In this document: piece by piece, positions 8,799 to 19,069 of the stretch
Numbering within the stretch: the first letter of the stretch is position 1
How the letters are laid out: each line of letters begins with the position of its first letter
Sequence record: GU323224.1
DNA length: 32,000 nucleotides
Reading direction: 5' to 3' (one strand)
Notes under the pieces: model-generated
Told to the model about the DNA's origin: nothing
Database searches by the model: none
Seen by the model: the letters and a program-made list of their open reading frames with translations, nothing else
Program-made: the position numbers and the translations under genes

Positions 8799-8815
8799 AA
8801 ACTTTTTACATTATT
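8778..8815 (+). terminator. Perfect 19-bp palindromic hairpin overlapping the rps6 stop codon
   Basis: aataatgtaaaaagttttt / aaaaactttttacattatt. Confidence 0.5.
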
Positions 8816-8863
8816 AACTTGAATTAGCTATAAAGATATGGTACTATCTAGTTAGTAATTATT

Positions 8864-8935
8864 TCCTCAGTAGCTCAGTGGTAGAGCAATCGGCTGTTAA
8901 CCGATTGGTCGTAGGTTCAAGTCCTACCTGGGGAG
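8864..8935 (+). tRNA. trnN: tRNA-Asn(GUU)
   Basis: Acceptor TCCTCAG/CTGGGGA plus G, anticodon stem ATCGG/CCGAT, loop CTGTTAA, T arm GTAGG-TTCAAGT-CCTAC. Confidence 0.92.
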
Positions 8936-8961
8936 TCTAAAATAAATTAAATTTAAAAAAT

Positions 8962-9765
8962 ATGAAAGATATAATTGATCCATTAAAAATTGGAAATAAA
9001 TCATTTTCTTCACGTTTAATGCTAGGAACGGGTAAATATAGAACAAGTAAAGATGCAGTCAAAAGTATTACGACAAGTGAATGTGAAATTATAACAGTAG
9101 CTATTCGACGTTTACCTACAAATATAAATCAAGATAATATTAATTTTCTTAAATCATTAAATTGGAATAAACTATGGTTATTACCTAACACAGCCGGTTC
9201 ACAAACCGCTGAAGATGCTATACGAATGGCTTTCTTAGGACATGAATTAGCCTGTCAATTGGGCCAAGAAGATAATTTTTTTGTTAAATTAGAAGTTATT
9301 TCTGATCCAAAATATTTATTACCTGATCCAATCGGAACTTTAAAGGCGGCTGAATTTTTAGTAAAAAAAGGATTTACAGTTTTACCTTATATTAATGCTG
9401 ATCCAATGTTAGCATTGCATCTTGAAGATTTAGGATGTGCAACTGTAATGCCACTTGGTTCTCCAATTGGATCAGGTCAAGGATTAAATAATTTATCTAA
9501 TCTTCAAATTATTATTGAAAATGCAAATGTTCCGGTCGTTATAGATGCAGGTATAGGTTCACCAAGTGAAGCTACTTTAGCAATGGAATTAGGAGCAGAT
9601 GCAGTTTTATTGAATACTGCAGTTGCGCAATCAAAAAATCCTGAACAAATGGCCAAAGCAATGCATCTAGGTGTTAAAGCTGGAAGATTAGGTTATTTAG
9701 CTGGGAGAATGGAAAAAAAATATTATGCAACACCTAGTTCTCCTCTTAATCTTATAAGTAAATAA
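8962..9765 (+). CDS. thiG: Thiazole synthase ThiG
   Basis: 267 aa. LMLGTGKY..., LLPNTAG..., [13 protein letters not shown]..., [10 protein letters not shown]... are conserved ThiG blocks. Confidence 0.95.
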   Translation: MKDIIDPLKIGNKSFSSRLMLGTGKYRTSKDAVKSITTSECEIITVAIRRLPTNINQDNINFLKSLNWNKLWLLPNTAGSQTAEDAIRMAFLGHELACQLGQEDNFFVKLEVISDPKYLLPDPIGTLKAAEFLVKKGFTVLPYINADPMLALHLEDLGCATVMPLGSPIGSGQGLNNLSNLQIIIENANVPVVIDAGIGSPSEATLAMELGADAVLLNTAVAQSKNPEQMAKAMHLGVKAGRLGYLAGRMEKKYYATPSSPLNLISK

Positions 9766-9933
9766 AATATTATGTTGCAATAATTTTTTATTAAATTAAA
9801 AATAAAAAATAAAATTAATTTTCTTGCGTATTAAAAAAATAAAATTGAAATTTATTTTATTTACGTTATATGATTTGTACAATTCATTATCGATTAAAAA
9901 TCATTAATATTTATAGATAAATTAAAAAAGTCA

Positions 9934-9976
9934 ATTACCATGTATAAAATACATATGTATATATATACATGGTAAT
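9934..9976. terminator. 13-bp stem-loop in the convergent thiG/dnaK spacer (possible bidirectional terminator)
   Basis: attaccatgtata (9934..9946) pairs with tatacatggtaat (9964..9976). The loop contains a (TA)5 tract. Confidence 0.4.
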
Positions 9977-10195
9977 AAATTTATTTGGTAAATATAACTG
10001 ACTGTGTGATTTAGTTAAACGAGAGTTAACATCTTTTAGGAAAGAATTTCACATGTCAAAACTCATTCGATATACTTTTTATCTTAGACTGTCATTTACG
10101 TTAGTAACACTTATTTCACTAATTAAATACTTTAATACTAGTATTACTCCAATTTATTAGTTTACCAAAAATTACTATAAATATATCATATTTTA

Positions 10196-12019
10196 TTACA
10201 TTGTTGGGTTGATACCTTCTAATTTCCCTTCAACTAATTTAGTTAATTCTTGACAAGATTGAGTAATAGATTCTGTAGATTCTTCCGTATTTGCAACTTT
10301 ATCTCGAATAGTTTGTATTACTGATTTAATTTCTTCTTTTTCTTCGTCTGTGAAAAGTGTACTTTCCTCACTGTTTAGTTTTTCTAATTCTGCTTCTACG
10401 TTTTGACAAGTTTGTGTAGCGACGAAAATTATATCTCTTCGGACTTTTTGTTCATTATCACTTGCAGCATATTTTTCTGCATCTTCCAACATATTATTAA
10501 TGTCAGTTTCTGATAAATTTGAACTACCTTGAATTGTTACTGTTTGTTCTTTTCCTGATTCATTTTCTTTTGCAGTCACTGATAGTAAACCATCAACATT
10601 AATATCAAATGTCACTTCAATTTGTGGACGACCTTTTGGAGCTTCAGGAATTCCTTCTAATTTAAAATTTCCTAGACTCTTATTTCCACTAACAATTTCT
10701 CTTTCTCCTTGTAATACATGAATTTCAACGTTTGTTTGGTTATCTGCTGCGGTTGAAAATAATTCTGATTTTTTAACAGGAATTGTTGTATTTCGAGCAA
10801 TAAGTTTTGTCATAATACCACCTACTGTTTCGACACCAAGTGATAATGGAGTAACATCTAATAATAAAATATCTGTGATTTCACCTGCTAAAATACCGGC
10901 TTGAATAGCTGCACCAATTGCGACAACTTCATCTGGATTTACTGATTTATTTGGTTTTTTTCCAGTTAAAGATTGAACTAATTCTTGTATAGCTGGAATA
11001 CGAGTTGAACCACCTACTAAAACGACTTCATTAATTCCAGATTGATCTAATTTTGCATCTTTTAAAGCTTTTTCAACCGGAATACGACAACGATTAATTA
11101 AATCACTACATAAAGTTTCAAATTTTTCGCGTGTTAAATCTTGTTGAATATGTTTGGGACCTGTTTTATCAGCTGTAATAAATGGTAAATTAATTGTTGT
11201 CGTTTCAACATTAGATAATTCCATTTTAGCTTTTTCAGCCGCTTCAGTTAAACGTTGTAAAGCTTGGATATCCTTTGTTAAATCTGTTCCTTCTTTTGTC
11301 TTAAAATCTTCAACTAGCCAGCGCACTAATGCTTTATCAAAATCGTCACCACCCAGATTTGTATCGCCAGCTGTTGATAATACCTCAAATATACCATCAC
11401 CTACTTCTAAAACTGAAACATCAAATGTCCCACCACCTAAATCAAAAACTAAAATTGTCTCATTTTGTTTCTTATCTAACCCATAAGCTAATGAAGCTGC
11501 TGTTGGTTCATTAATAATTCGTAGAACTTCAATACCAGCAATTTTACCTGCATCAACTGTTGCCTGACGTTGAGAGTCATTAAAATATGCTGGTACAGTA
11601 ATTACTGCTTTAGTCACATCTTGTCCTAAGTAATCTTTTGCATCAGTAATTAATTTTCTAATAACTTGTGCTGAGATTTCTTCTGGACTAAAATCTTTTT
11701 TTAATGAAGAGCATTTAATTTTTATATTTCCATTATCATCTTTAATTACTTTATAAGGTAATTCTTTTGATTCTTCTGATACCTCATCTGCTTTACATCC
11801 AATAAATCGTTTAACAGAGAAAAACGTATTTGCTGCATTAACAACTGATTGACGTTTAGCTAATTGGCCAACTAATAATTCTTCTTTTTTTGTATAGGCA
11901 ACAATTGACGGTGTTGTTCTGAATCCTTCCGCATTGGTAATTACTGTTGGTTGTCCACCTTCAATAGCAGCAACTACAGAATTTGTTGTCCCTAAATCAA
12001 TACCTACTACTTTATTCAT
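10196..12019 (-). CDS. dnaK: Chaperone DnaK (Hsp70)
   Basis: 607 aa. [27 protein letters not shown] motifs. Confidence 0.98.
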   Translation of the reverse strand: MNKVVGIDLGTTNSVVAAIEGGQPTVITNAEGFRTTPSIVAYTKKEELLVGQLAKRQSVVNAANTFFSVKRFIGCKADEVSEESKELPYKVIKDDNGNIKIKCSSLKKDFSPEEISAQVIRKLITDAKDYLGQDVTKAVITVPAYFNDSQRQATVDAGKIAGIEVLRIINEPTAASLAYGLDKKQNETILVFDLGGGTFDVSVLEVGDGIFEVLSTAGDTNLGGDDFDKALVRWLVEDFKTKEGTDLTKDIQALQRLTEAAEKAKMELSNVETTTINLPFITADKTGPKHIQQDLTREKFETLCSDLINRCRIPVEKALKDAKLDQSGINEVVLVGGSTRIPAIQELVQSLTGKKPNKSVNPDEVVAIGAAIQAGILAGEITDILLLDVTPLSLGVETVGGIMTKLIARNTTIPVKKSELFSTAADNQTNVEIHVLQGEREIVSGNKSLGNFKLEGIPEAPKGRPQIEVTFDINVDGLLSVTAKENESGKEQTVTIQGSSNLSETDINNMLEDAEKYAASDNEQKVRRDIIFVATQTCQNVEAELEKLNSEESTLFTDEEKEEIKSVIQTIRDKVANTEESTESITQSCQELTKLVEGKLEGINPTM

Positions 12020-12215
12020 ATAATTGATCTCACTTTGTTAAATTTTTTGTATTCTAATATATAGTATACACAAGAAATTAGATGGTGTAGATAGATATAT
12101 TAGATTTTTACTACATAATATACAATATTTAAATAAACTATGCAAATTTATTATAATATTGTATATATTTTTTATATAGACAAAATTGTATAAATTTTTT
12201 AAAATTATAAAATGG

Positions 12216-12237
12216 TTTGATAATTATAATTATCAAA
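12216..12237. repeat. Perfect 22-nt palindrome in the divergent dnaK/rpl3 intergenic region
   Basis: tttgataattataattatcaaa equals its own reverse complement. Confidence 0.85.
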
Positions 12238-12318
12238 ATATTTATTTTTGAATTGAATAAAACTAAGTTTTATAACCATTAATATCTATATATTAAGTAT
12301 TTTTTGGAGAAAAATATT

Positions 12319-12942
12319 GTGTCTTTAGGTTTATTAGGAAACAAAATTGGAATGACCCAAATATTTGATGAATCAGGGAATATTATCCCAGTTACAATTT
12401 TAAAAGTTGGACCTTGTATCGTTACACAAGTGAAAACTACATTAAACGATGGCTATAATGCAATTCAAGTTGGGTATGGAAATGTTTCAACAAAATCATT
12501 AACTCAACCTCAATTAGGTCATTTGCAAAAATCAAATATTCAACCTTTAAAATATCTAAAAGAATTTCGTGTAAATGAGCCTGCTGACTTTAGTGTTGGA
12601 CAAGTTTTGAACGTTGACTCATTTATTGAAGGACAATTAATAAATGTTACAGGAAAAAGTATTGGTAAAGGATTTTCAGGGCTTCAAAAACGGTATAATT
12701 TCTCAAGAGGTCCAATGACGCATGGTTCAAAAAATCATCGCGCACCTGGTTCAATTGGTATGGGGACCGACCCTGGACGTGTATTACCTGGAAAAAAAAT
12801 GGCAGGTCAACTTGGTAATAAAATGACAAACATTAAAAAATTAAAAATTGTTCAAGTGAACAATAATGAAAATATTTTAGTGGTTAAAGGAGCCGTTCCA
12901 GGAAAACCCGGTAATTTACTTAGTATTGTTCCTTCGAAATAA
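12319..12942 (+). CDS. rpl3: 50S ribosomal protein L3 (GTG start)
   Basis: (M)[15 protein letters not shown]... is the canonical uL3 start. GGAG at 12306..12309 lies 9 nt upstream of GTG 12319. The ORF-track TTG start at 12304 would overlap the SD. Confidence 0.93.
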   Translation: MSLGLLGNKIGMTQIFDESGNIIPVTILKVGPCIVTQVKTTLNDGYNAIQVGYGNVSTKSLTQPQLGHLQKSNIQPLKYLKEFRVNEPADFSVGQVLNVDSFIEGQLINVTGKSIGKGFSGLQKRYNFSRGPMTHGSKNHRAPGSIGMGTDPGRVLPGKKMAGQLGNKMTNIKKLKIVQVNNNENILVVKGAVPGKPGNLLSIVPSK

Positions 12943-12984
12943 TTTATAAAAAATATTATTAAATAAATATTAGGAAAATACTAT

Positions 12985-13629
12985 ATGACTGTTCAAAAAA
13001 GTATTGAGTTTAATGAAGATGTAATTAAACTTAACGTCTTAGAAGATTCAGGTAATTACCTGATTCATCGAGATATATTAAGACAACAAATTTCACAGAA
13101 GCAAGGAACTGTTTCAACAAAAACAAGAAGTGAAGTTCGTGGGGGGGGTAAAAAACCTTGGCAACAAAAAGGTACCGGCCGTGCGCGGGCGGGATCAAGT
13201 CGATCGCCATTATGGCGAGGTGGTGGAGTTATTTTTGGACCAAAACCAAGAATGACTGTATTAAAATTAAATAAAAAAGAACGTAAATTAGCAGTTCAAA
13301 CGTTACTATATAACAAACGAAAAAATATTTTAGTAAGTGCTAAATTAGAAGAATTAGGTAAAGAATTAGAATTTACAGACAATAAAACAAAAAAATTTTA
13401 TAGTTTTTGCAAAAAAGAGTTGAATATTGATCTAAATAAAACAAAACTTTTACTAGTTTCAGAAAGTTCTGGTTCAGCGTCAAAAACATTTTGGTTAGCA
13501 ACTCGAAATTTAAAAAATGTTGAAGTAATTTCTTCAGCAAATTTAAATACGTTAAGTTTACTAAAAGCAGAACGAATTCTAATAACACCAATAGCATTGA
13601 ACAATATAAAGGAGATTTATTGTGATTAG
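12985..13629 (+). CDS. rpl4: 50S ribosomal protein L4
   Basis: 214 aa. ...[36 protein letters not shown]... is the uL4 signature. Confidence 0.95.
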   Translation: MTVQKSIEFNEDVIKLNVLEDSGNYLIHRDILRQQISQKQGTVSTKTRSEVRGGGKKPWQQKGTGRARAGSSRSPLWRGGGVIFGPKPRMTVLKLNKKERKLAVQTLLYNKRKNILVSAKLEELGKELEFTDNKTKKFYSFCKKELNIDLNKTKLLLVSESSGSASKTFWLATRNLKNVEVISSANLNTLSLLKAERILITPIALNNIKEIYCD

Positions 13630-13933
13630 TTCTTCAGATATTAATGATACTAATATGAATATTATAAAATATCCAATTATTACTGATAAAGCTACAAGAT
13701 TATTAGCAAATAATCAATATAGTTTTGTTGTAAACCCTAAATCTGATAAGCCTACAATTAAAGCTGCTATTGAATATTTATTCAATGTTAAGGTAGTAAA
13801 AATTAATACAGCTCATTTACCAAAGAAGAAAAAACGAGTTGGCCAATATATGGGTTGGAAATCACATTATAAAAAAGCAATTGTAACGTTATCAGAAGGC
13901 GATACAATAAACTTATTTGCAGAAGAAAATTAA
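13622..13933 (+). CDS. rpl23: 50S ribosomal protein L23 (GTG start, 8-nt overlap with rpl4)
   Basis: AAGGAG at 13609..13614, 7 nt before the GTG. ...[15 protein letters not shown]... is uL23-like. An alternative ATG start lies at MNIIKYP. Confidence 0.88.
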   Translation: MISSSDINDTNMNIIKYPIITDKATRLLANNQYSFVVNPKSDKPTIKAAIEYLFNVKVVKINTAHLPKKKKRVGQYMGWKSHYKKAIVTLSEGDTINLFAEEN

Positions 13934-13957
13934 CAATTATATAAATTAATCAAGTTT

Positions 13958-14785
13958 ATGAGTATTCGTCTTTATAAAGCATATACACCTGGAACCCGTA
14001 ATCGGGCCCTTTCATCTTTTTCAGAGATAACCACTGGTAAGCCAGAAAAAAGTTTAATTCGAAAAAACCATCGACAGAAAGGTAGAAATAACCGAGGCGT
14101 TATTACTATAAGACATAGAGGGGGGGGACATAAAAAACAATACCGCTTAATTGATTTTAAACGGAATAAATATAATGTACCGGCTATTGTTAATTCAATT
14201 GAATATGACCCGAATAGAAATGCACGAATTGCATTGGTACATTTTGTAGATGGTGAAAAACGTTATATTTTACATCCAAATAATTTAAATGTCGGTGATA
14301 CAATTTTATCTGGAAAAGGTATTTCATTAGATATTGGAAATACTTTACCATTAGAAGAAATTCCATTAGGAACATCTGTTCATAATATTGAACTTATTCC
14401 TAATCGGGGAGGACAAATTGTACGTTCGGCTGGAACATCTGCAAAAATCTTAGCCAAAGAAGGTAATTATGTAACCTTACGTTTACCATCTAAAGAAATT
14501 AGATTAATTCGTAAAGAATGTTTTGCAACAATCGGAGAAATAAGTAATAACGATGCATTTTTAGTTCAAAGTGGAAAAGCTGGTCGTACACGCTGGTTAG
14601 GAAAACGTCCTACGGTTCGTGGGTCCGTTATGAATCCTTGTGATCATCCACACGGTGGTGGTGAAGGTCGTGCGCCAATTGGTCGTAGTCGACCATTAAC
14701 ACCATGGGGTAAACCAGCATTAGGTAAAAAGACACGTAAAACAAAAAAATTAAGCAACGCTTACATTCTACGTCGCCGTTCATAA
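13958..14785 (+). CDS. rpl2: 50S ribosomal protein L2
   Basis: 275 aa. ...[18 protein letters not shown]... is the uL2 signature. Confidence 0.97.
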   Translation: MSIRLYKAYTPGTRNRALSSFSEITTGKPEKSLIRKNHRQKGRNNRGVITIRHRGGGHKKQYRLIDFKRNKYNVPAIVNSIEYDPNRNARIALVHFVDGEKRYILHPNNLNVGDTILSGKGISLDIGNTLPLEEIPLGTSVHNIELIPNRGGQIVRSAGTSAKILAKEGNYVTLRLPSKEIRLIRKECFATIGEISNNDAFLVQSGKAGRTRWLGKRPTVRGSVMNPCDHPHGGGEGRAPIGRSRPLTPWGKPALGKKTRKTKKLSNAYILRRRS

Positions 14786-14821
14786 TTAATTTATAAAAAT
14801 TATCAATAAGAATCTTAAAAA

Positions 14822-15100
14822 ATGTCAAGATCATTAAAAAAAGGTCCTTTCGTTGCATATCATTTATTAAAAAAAATTAATAAAATGAACGCAGAAGGAA
14901 AAAAAGATGTAATTACAACTTGGTCACGCAGTTCGACAATTTTACCTAATATGGTTGGATTTACAATAGCTGTATACAATGGTAGACAACATGTTCCTGT
15001 CTTTATTTCTGACCAATTAGTTGGACATAAATTAGGCGAATTTGTTTCAACAAGAACATTTAAATCACATATTAAAGCTGATAAAAAAACAAAACGTTAA
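14822..15100 (+). CDS. rps19: 30S ribosomal protein S19
   Basis: 92 aa. [11 protein letters not shown]...TWSR.STI.P.MVG.TI.VYNG..H.PV.I is uS19. Confidence 0.96.
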   Translation: MSRSLKKGPFVAYHLLKKINKMNAEGKKDVITTWSRSSTILPNMVGFTIAVYNGRQHVPVFISDQLVGHKLGEFVSTRTFKSHIKADKKTKR

Positions 15101-15110
15101 GGAGAAGATA

Positions 15111-15494
15111 ATGGCCGGATTAGAATTAACATTAAATTTTCCAGAAAGTTTCCATATCAAAACTTTTAATCTTAAGCCGAAAAAAAAATTATCTCCATTA
15201 GCAAATTCAATATTATCGAGTATTAAATTTAAACATTTTTATTATGTGCGTGATGATATAGCATATCTTTTAAACTCAAATCCACTTGAACGGGATTTTC
15301 TTTTACAGGCTTTTTATTCAATTATACTTTCTTTACAAAATAATTCATCTGTTAATTTCTTTGATATGTGGATTTATGAAATTTATATCACTACGGTTCC
15401 AGTAAATAATAAATTTCTTAATGAAAAATCTCAAAGTTTAGAATCAGATAAGTATATAACAATTAAATTAGCTTATGAAACTAGTGTTTTTTAA
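15111..15494 (+). CDS. Unrecognised 127-aa ORF inserted between rps19 and rpl22
   Basis: ATG 15111 preceded by TAAGGAG (15098..15104, overlapping the rps19 stop). The frame is open for 150 codons from 15042. Product MAGLELTLNFPESFHIKTFNLKPKKK... has no motif I recognise and no obvious TM segment. Confidence 0.5.
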   Translation: MAGLELTLNFPESFHIKTFNLKPKKKLSPLANSILSSIKFKHFYYVRDDIAYLLNSNPLERDFLLQAFYSIILSLQNNSSVNFFDMWIYEIYITTVPVNNKFLNEKSQSLESDKYITIKLAYETSVF

Positions 15495-15574
15495 AAGTAA
15501 TACTATTTCAATTTTGAAATGTAAGCTTTTAGAAACATAACATATATGTAAAAAACTATTAAGGAAACTTTATT

Positions 15575-15922
15575 ATGTCTGAGGGGCAATCAGTAAAAGC
15601 AGTAGCGAAATATGTAAGAATTTCTCCACATAAAGTGAGAAAAGTTTTAGATCAAATTCGCGGTCGTTCTTATCAAGAAGCATTAATGATATTAGAATTT
15701 TTACCATATGATGCTGGTTCACCGATTTGGCAAGTTGTTCATTCGGTTGCAGCAAATGCAAAAAATAATTACAATTTAGATAAAAAAAAATTAATTATTT
15801 CAGAAATCTTTGCAGATGAAGGTCCAAAATTAAAACGTATTAGACCACGTGCCCAAGGCCGAGCTTTTAAGATTTTAAAACCAACTTGCCATATTACAGT
15901 CGTTGTAAAATCAATTAATTAA
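15575..15922 (+). CDS. rpl22: 50S ribosomal protein L22
   Basis: 115 aa. ...[29 protein letters not shown]... is uL22. Confidence 0.95.
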   Translation: MSEGQSVKAVAKYVRISPHKVRKVLDQIRGRSYQEALMILEFLPYDAGSPIWQVVHSVAANAKNNYNLDKKKLIISEIFADEGPKLKRIRPRAQGRAFKILKPTCHITVVVKSIN

Positions 15923-15948
15923 GAAAATAAAGATTAAGGATTTTTTCT

Positions 15949-16593
15949 ATGGGACAAAAAACACATCCTTTGGGATTTCGTTTAGGAATTACACAAGAGC
16001 ATCGATCATCATGGTATGCAAACTTTAAACATTATTCAACATTATTAAAGGAAGATGATCAGATAAGAACTTATCTTAATAAGTTCGCAAAATTCGCTAG
16101 TATTTCAAATGTTCATATTAATCGTAATGGATTAGGTGATCAAATTGAATTAAATATTGAAACAGGTCGACCTGGTATTTTAGTTGGGGATAACGGCTCT
16201 CAAATTAAAACATTAGCAACTAATATCAAAAAGTTTTTACCTGATAATCATCAAATTACTATTAATGTTATTGAAGTTGAAAATATTAATTCTAATGCTT
16301 CACTTATTGCTGATCTTGTTGTTCAACAACTTGAAGATCGAGTTGCTTTTCGTCGTGCAATTCGTGAAGGGTTAAAGTGCGCTCAAGATAATCAAGTAAA
16401 TGGTATAAAAATTGAAGTATCTGGCCGACTAAATGGTGCTGAAATGGCTAGAAGTGAATGGATTCGCGAAGGTCGTGTTCCATTACAAACTTTAAGAGCA
16501 GATATTGATTATGCCACAAAAGAAGCTAATACAATCTATGGTGTTTTGGGTGTAAAAGTTTGGTTATTTAAAAATGAAATATTAAAAAAATAA
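15949..16593 (+). CDS. rps3: 30S ribosomal protein S3
   Basis: 214 aa. MGQKTHPLGFRLGIT... is the uS3 start, followed by KH and C-terminal domains. Confidence 0.96.
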   Translation: MGQKTHPLGFRLGITQEHRSSWYANFKHYSTLLKEDDQIRTYLNKFAKFASISNVHINRNGLGDQIELNIETGRPGILVGDNGSQIKTLATNIKKFLPDNHQITINVIEVENINSNASLIADLVVQQLEDRVAFRRAIREGLKCAQDNQVNGIKIEVSGRLNGAEMARSEWIREGRVPLQTLRADIDYATKEANTIYGVLGVKVWLFKNEILKK

Positions 16594-16648
16594 TAAACAC
16601 ATAATTGACGATTTAAAAGCGATATTAATTAACTAATCTAATTTTATT

Positions 16649-17059
16649 ATGTTAAGTCCAAAAAGAACAAAATATAGAAAATATCACCGTGGGAGAATGC
16701 GAGGAAAAGCTACAAGGGGAAATGAAGTAACATTTGGTCAATATGGTTTACAAGCTTTAGAACCATCATGGATTACTTCACGTCAAATTGAGGCAACACG
16801 ACGAACAATTACACGTTATACTAAACGTGGGGCATCTTTATGGATTCGTATTTTTCCGGACAAAACAGTAACGGCACGGGCAGCTGAATCTCGGATGGGA
16901 TCAGGTAAAGGGGCAGTTGACTATTGGGTTGCAACAGTAAAACCTGGAACAATTTTGTTTGAAATTAGTTCAGTTCCAGAAGAAGTTGCACGTGCAGCTT
17001 TTAATTTAGCCGCCTATAAGTTACCTATTAAAACAAAATTTATTATTAGAAACGATTAA
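16649..17059 (+). CDS. rpl16: 50S ribosomal protein L16
   Basis: 136 aa. [21 protein letters not shown]... is uL16. Confidence 0.97.
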   Translation: MLSPKRTKYRKYHRGRMRGKATRGNEVTFGQYGLQALEPSWITSRQIEATRRTITRYTKRGASLWIRIFPDKTVTARAAESRMGSGKGAVDYWVATVKPGTILFEISSVPEEVARAAFNLAAYKLPIKTKFIIRND

Positions 17060-17065
17060 TAAACT

Positions 17066-17275
17066 ATGAAGTTATCTAACTCTAGCAGTAACGATATCAT
17101 GTCAATGTCAACTCAAGAATTAATTAAAGAGCTGAAAGAGGCAGAGAAGGGCTTATTTGATTTGCGATTTAAAAAAGCTACCCGCCAACCATTTAAACCT
17201 CATCAAATCAAAGCTACGAAAAAAAAGGTAGCAATGTTAAAAACTATTTTAAGAACTAAATCTCTAGATTTTTAA
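17066..17275 (+). CDS. rpl29: 50S ribosomal protein L29 (start uncertain; alternative ATGs at 17099 and 17105)
   Basis: ...ELIKELKEAEKGLFDLRFKKATRQ... is the uL29 core, in the conserved position after rpl16. Confidence 0.85.
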   Translation: MKLSNSSSNDIMSMSTQELIKELKEAEKGLFDLRFKKATRQPFKPHQIKATKKKVAMLKTILRTKSLDF

Positions 17276-17437
17276 ATAAATTTTAAAAATTAAAATTCAA
17301 GTTAAATAAAAATACATTTATAAAATGAAGAGTATTTAAAATAACTTGAGTATAAAAAAAAGAGTAGATGTTTGAGAAATAAAATATTTTTTGATAAGTT
17401 TATAAAAAATTAAATAGAGATTTTAAGGAACTTTTTA

Positions 17438-17692
17438 ATGCCTGTAAAAGAAAAAATTGGTATTGTTGTGAGTAACAAAATGCAAAAAACGGTGGTTGTA
17501 AAAGTTGAAAGTCGTTATCCACATCCGATTTACTCAAAAACAATGATAAAAACAAGTAAATATCTAGCTCATGATGAAATGAGTGAATGCAATATTGGTG
17601 ATCAAGTTTTAGTACGAGAATGTCGACCACTTAGTAAAAAAAAACGTTGGTCAGTAGCTCAAATTATTTCAAAATCATCGTTAATTACTTAA
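17438..17692 (+). CDS. rps17: 30S ribosomal protein S17
   Basis: 84 aa. ...G.VVSNKM.KT.VV.VE....HP.Y.K......KY.AHDE... is uS17. Confidence 0.94.
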   Translation: MPVKEKIGIVVSNKMQKTVVVKVESRYPHPIYSKTMIKTSKYLAHDEMSECNIGDQVLVRECRPLSKKKRWSVAQIISKSSLIT

Positions 17693-17707
17693 AAAAAGTA
17701 TCTTTTT

Positions 17708-18073
17708 ATGATTTATCCACAAACAATGTTAACTGTAGCTGATAATACAGGTGCAAAAAAAATTATGTGTATTCGTGTTTTAGGTGGAAACCGAAAATAT
17801 GGAAAAATTGGTGATACAATTATTGGAGTTGTTAAAGAAGCTATTCCAAATATGCCAGTTAAAAAATCTGATGTTATACGAGCAGTTATCGTAAGAACAT
17901 CAAAGACGATTCGTAGACCAGATGGAATGTATATCCGATTTGATGATAATGCTGCTGTAATTGTAAATATGGAAAATAATCCACGTGGAACAAGAGTTTT
18001 TGGTCCTGTGGCTCGTGAAATTCGTGATAAGAATTTTTCAAAAATTGTTTCATTAGCTCCGGAGGTTCTATAA
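17708..18073 (+). CDS. rpl14: 50S ribosomal protein L14
   Basis: 121 aa. [26 protein letters not shown]... is uL14. Confidence 0.97.
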   Translation: MIYPQTMLTVADNTGAKKIMCIRVLGGNRKYGKIGDTIIGVVKEAIPNMPVKKSDVIRAVIVRTSKTIRRPDGMYIRFDDNAAVIVNMENNPRGTRVFGPVAREIRDKNFSKIVSLAPEVL

Positions 18074-18307
18074 ATGCCAAAAGGTAAAAAATTACAGATT
18101 AAAATTGGTGATAATGTAAAAATTATTTCTGGCTTTGATAAGAATAAAACAGGAGAAATTACAAAAATTTATCGGAACACTGGTAAAATTTTAGTAAAAG
18201 GTATTAATTTTAAATTTAAACATGTTAAGCCAAATACCGAGAGTGATGTTGGAGAGATAAAACAATTTGAAGCTCCAATACATCATTCAAATGTTAAATT
18301 AATTTAG
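18074..18307 (+). CDS. rpl24: 50S ribosomal protein L24 (short form)
   Basis: 77 aa. ...IKIGD.V.IISG.DK.K.GEI... KOW motif. Its ATG abuts the rpl14 stop. Confidence 0.88.
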   Translation: MPKGKKLQIKIGDNVKIISGFDKNKTGEITKIYRNTGKILVKGINFKFKHVKPNTESDVGEIKQFEAPIHHSNVKLI

Positions 18308-18327
18308 ACTTATTTGAAATAAAGAAT

Positions 18328-19044
18328 ATGCGTAGTCAACATTCCTTAGAAGAAATTGCAGAATTATATGGTCTATTAGAAAATATAAAAAAAGAATATG
18401 AAAATGGTATTCATTCTGTCTTAAGAAAAAGTAATCCCGAATTATTTTCTAATCCTCATACTATACCTAAACTTAAAAAAATTAGTATTAATAGAGGGTT
18501 AGGCTTAGCAGCTCAGAATAGTAATATTCTAAAAAAAAGTATTACGGAATTTACTCGAATTACAGGCCAAAAACCATTAATTACCAGAGCAAAAAAAGCT
18601 GTTGCCGGATTTAAAATTCGAGAAAATATGGAGTTGGGATTATCAAGTACTTTACGCGGTGAAAAAATGTATAATTTTTTAACAAAGTTAATCTTTTTTA
18701 CATTTGCGCAAATTCGTGATTTTCGCGGCTTATCTGTTCGAAGTTTTGATAAAGCAGGTAATTATACATTTTCGTTAAAAGAACAATTAATTTTTCCAGA
18801 AATTGAGTACGATGATGTCGATCAAATTCAAGGTTTAAGTGTAACACTTGTTGTCGATTCATCGACACCAAAAGCTCGATCGAAAACAATTGACCGAGTA
18901 TTAAATGGTATGATCTTATTGAAATTTTTACGATTCCCGTTAAATGATTGCGGTTATTATGATAAATATTCTTCATTTGGAGAAATTAATCAAGTATGGG
19001 ATAAGAAAAAACACTTACGTCGAAAACGTTGGTCACAAGAATAA
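18328..19044 (+). CDS. rpl5: 50S ribosomal protein L5, unusually long (238 aa)
   Basis: uL5 core ...IPKLKKISINRGLG...ITGQKP.ITRAKK..AGFKIRE.M..G...TLRG..MY.FL.KL......IRDFRG... The N- and C-terminal extensions are unrecognised. Confidence 0.88.
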   Translation: MRSQHSLEEIAELYGLLENIKKEYENGIHSVLRKSNPELFSNPHTIPKLKKISINRGLGLAAQNSNILKKSITEFTRITGQKPLITRAKKAVAGFKIRENMELGLSSTLRGEKMYNFLTKLIFFTFAQIRDFRGLSVRSFDKAGNYTFSLKEQLIFPEIEYDDVDQIQGLSVTLVVDSSTPKARSKTIDRVLNGMILLKFLRFPLNDCGYYDKYSSFGEINQVWDKKKHLRRKRWSQE

Positions 19045-19069
19045 ATAAAATAAGATTAAGGAGTTACAA

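Noticed and set aside
10053-10160. 35-codon ORF as a confident gene call
   Set aside because: It is too short, unrecognised, and has only a weak SD. It is mentioned under findings but not listed as a feature.
15042-15110. Upstream ATG (15042) of the 150-codon ORF
   Set aside because: It would overlap the last 59 nt of rps19 in another frame. ATG 15111, with TAAGGAG 6 nt upstream, is the far more plausible start.
18940-19044. rpl5 C-terminal tail as a fused rps14 remnant
   Set aside because: The only resemblance is a basic ...RKRW ending versus ...KASW. No zinc-ribbon cysteines or other uS14 blocks are visible, so this stays a question inside the rpl5 finding.
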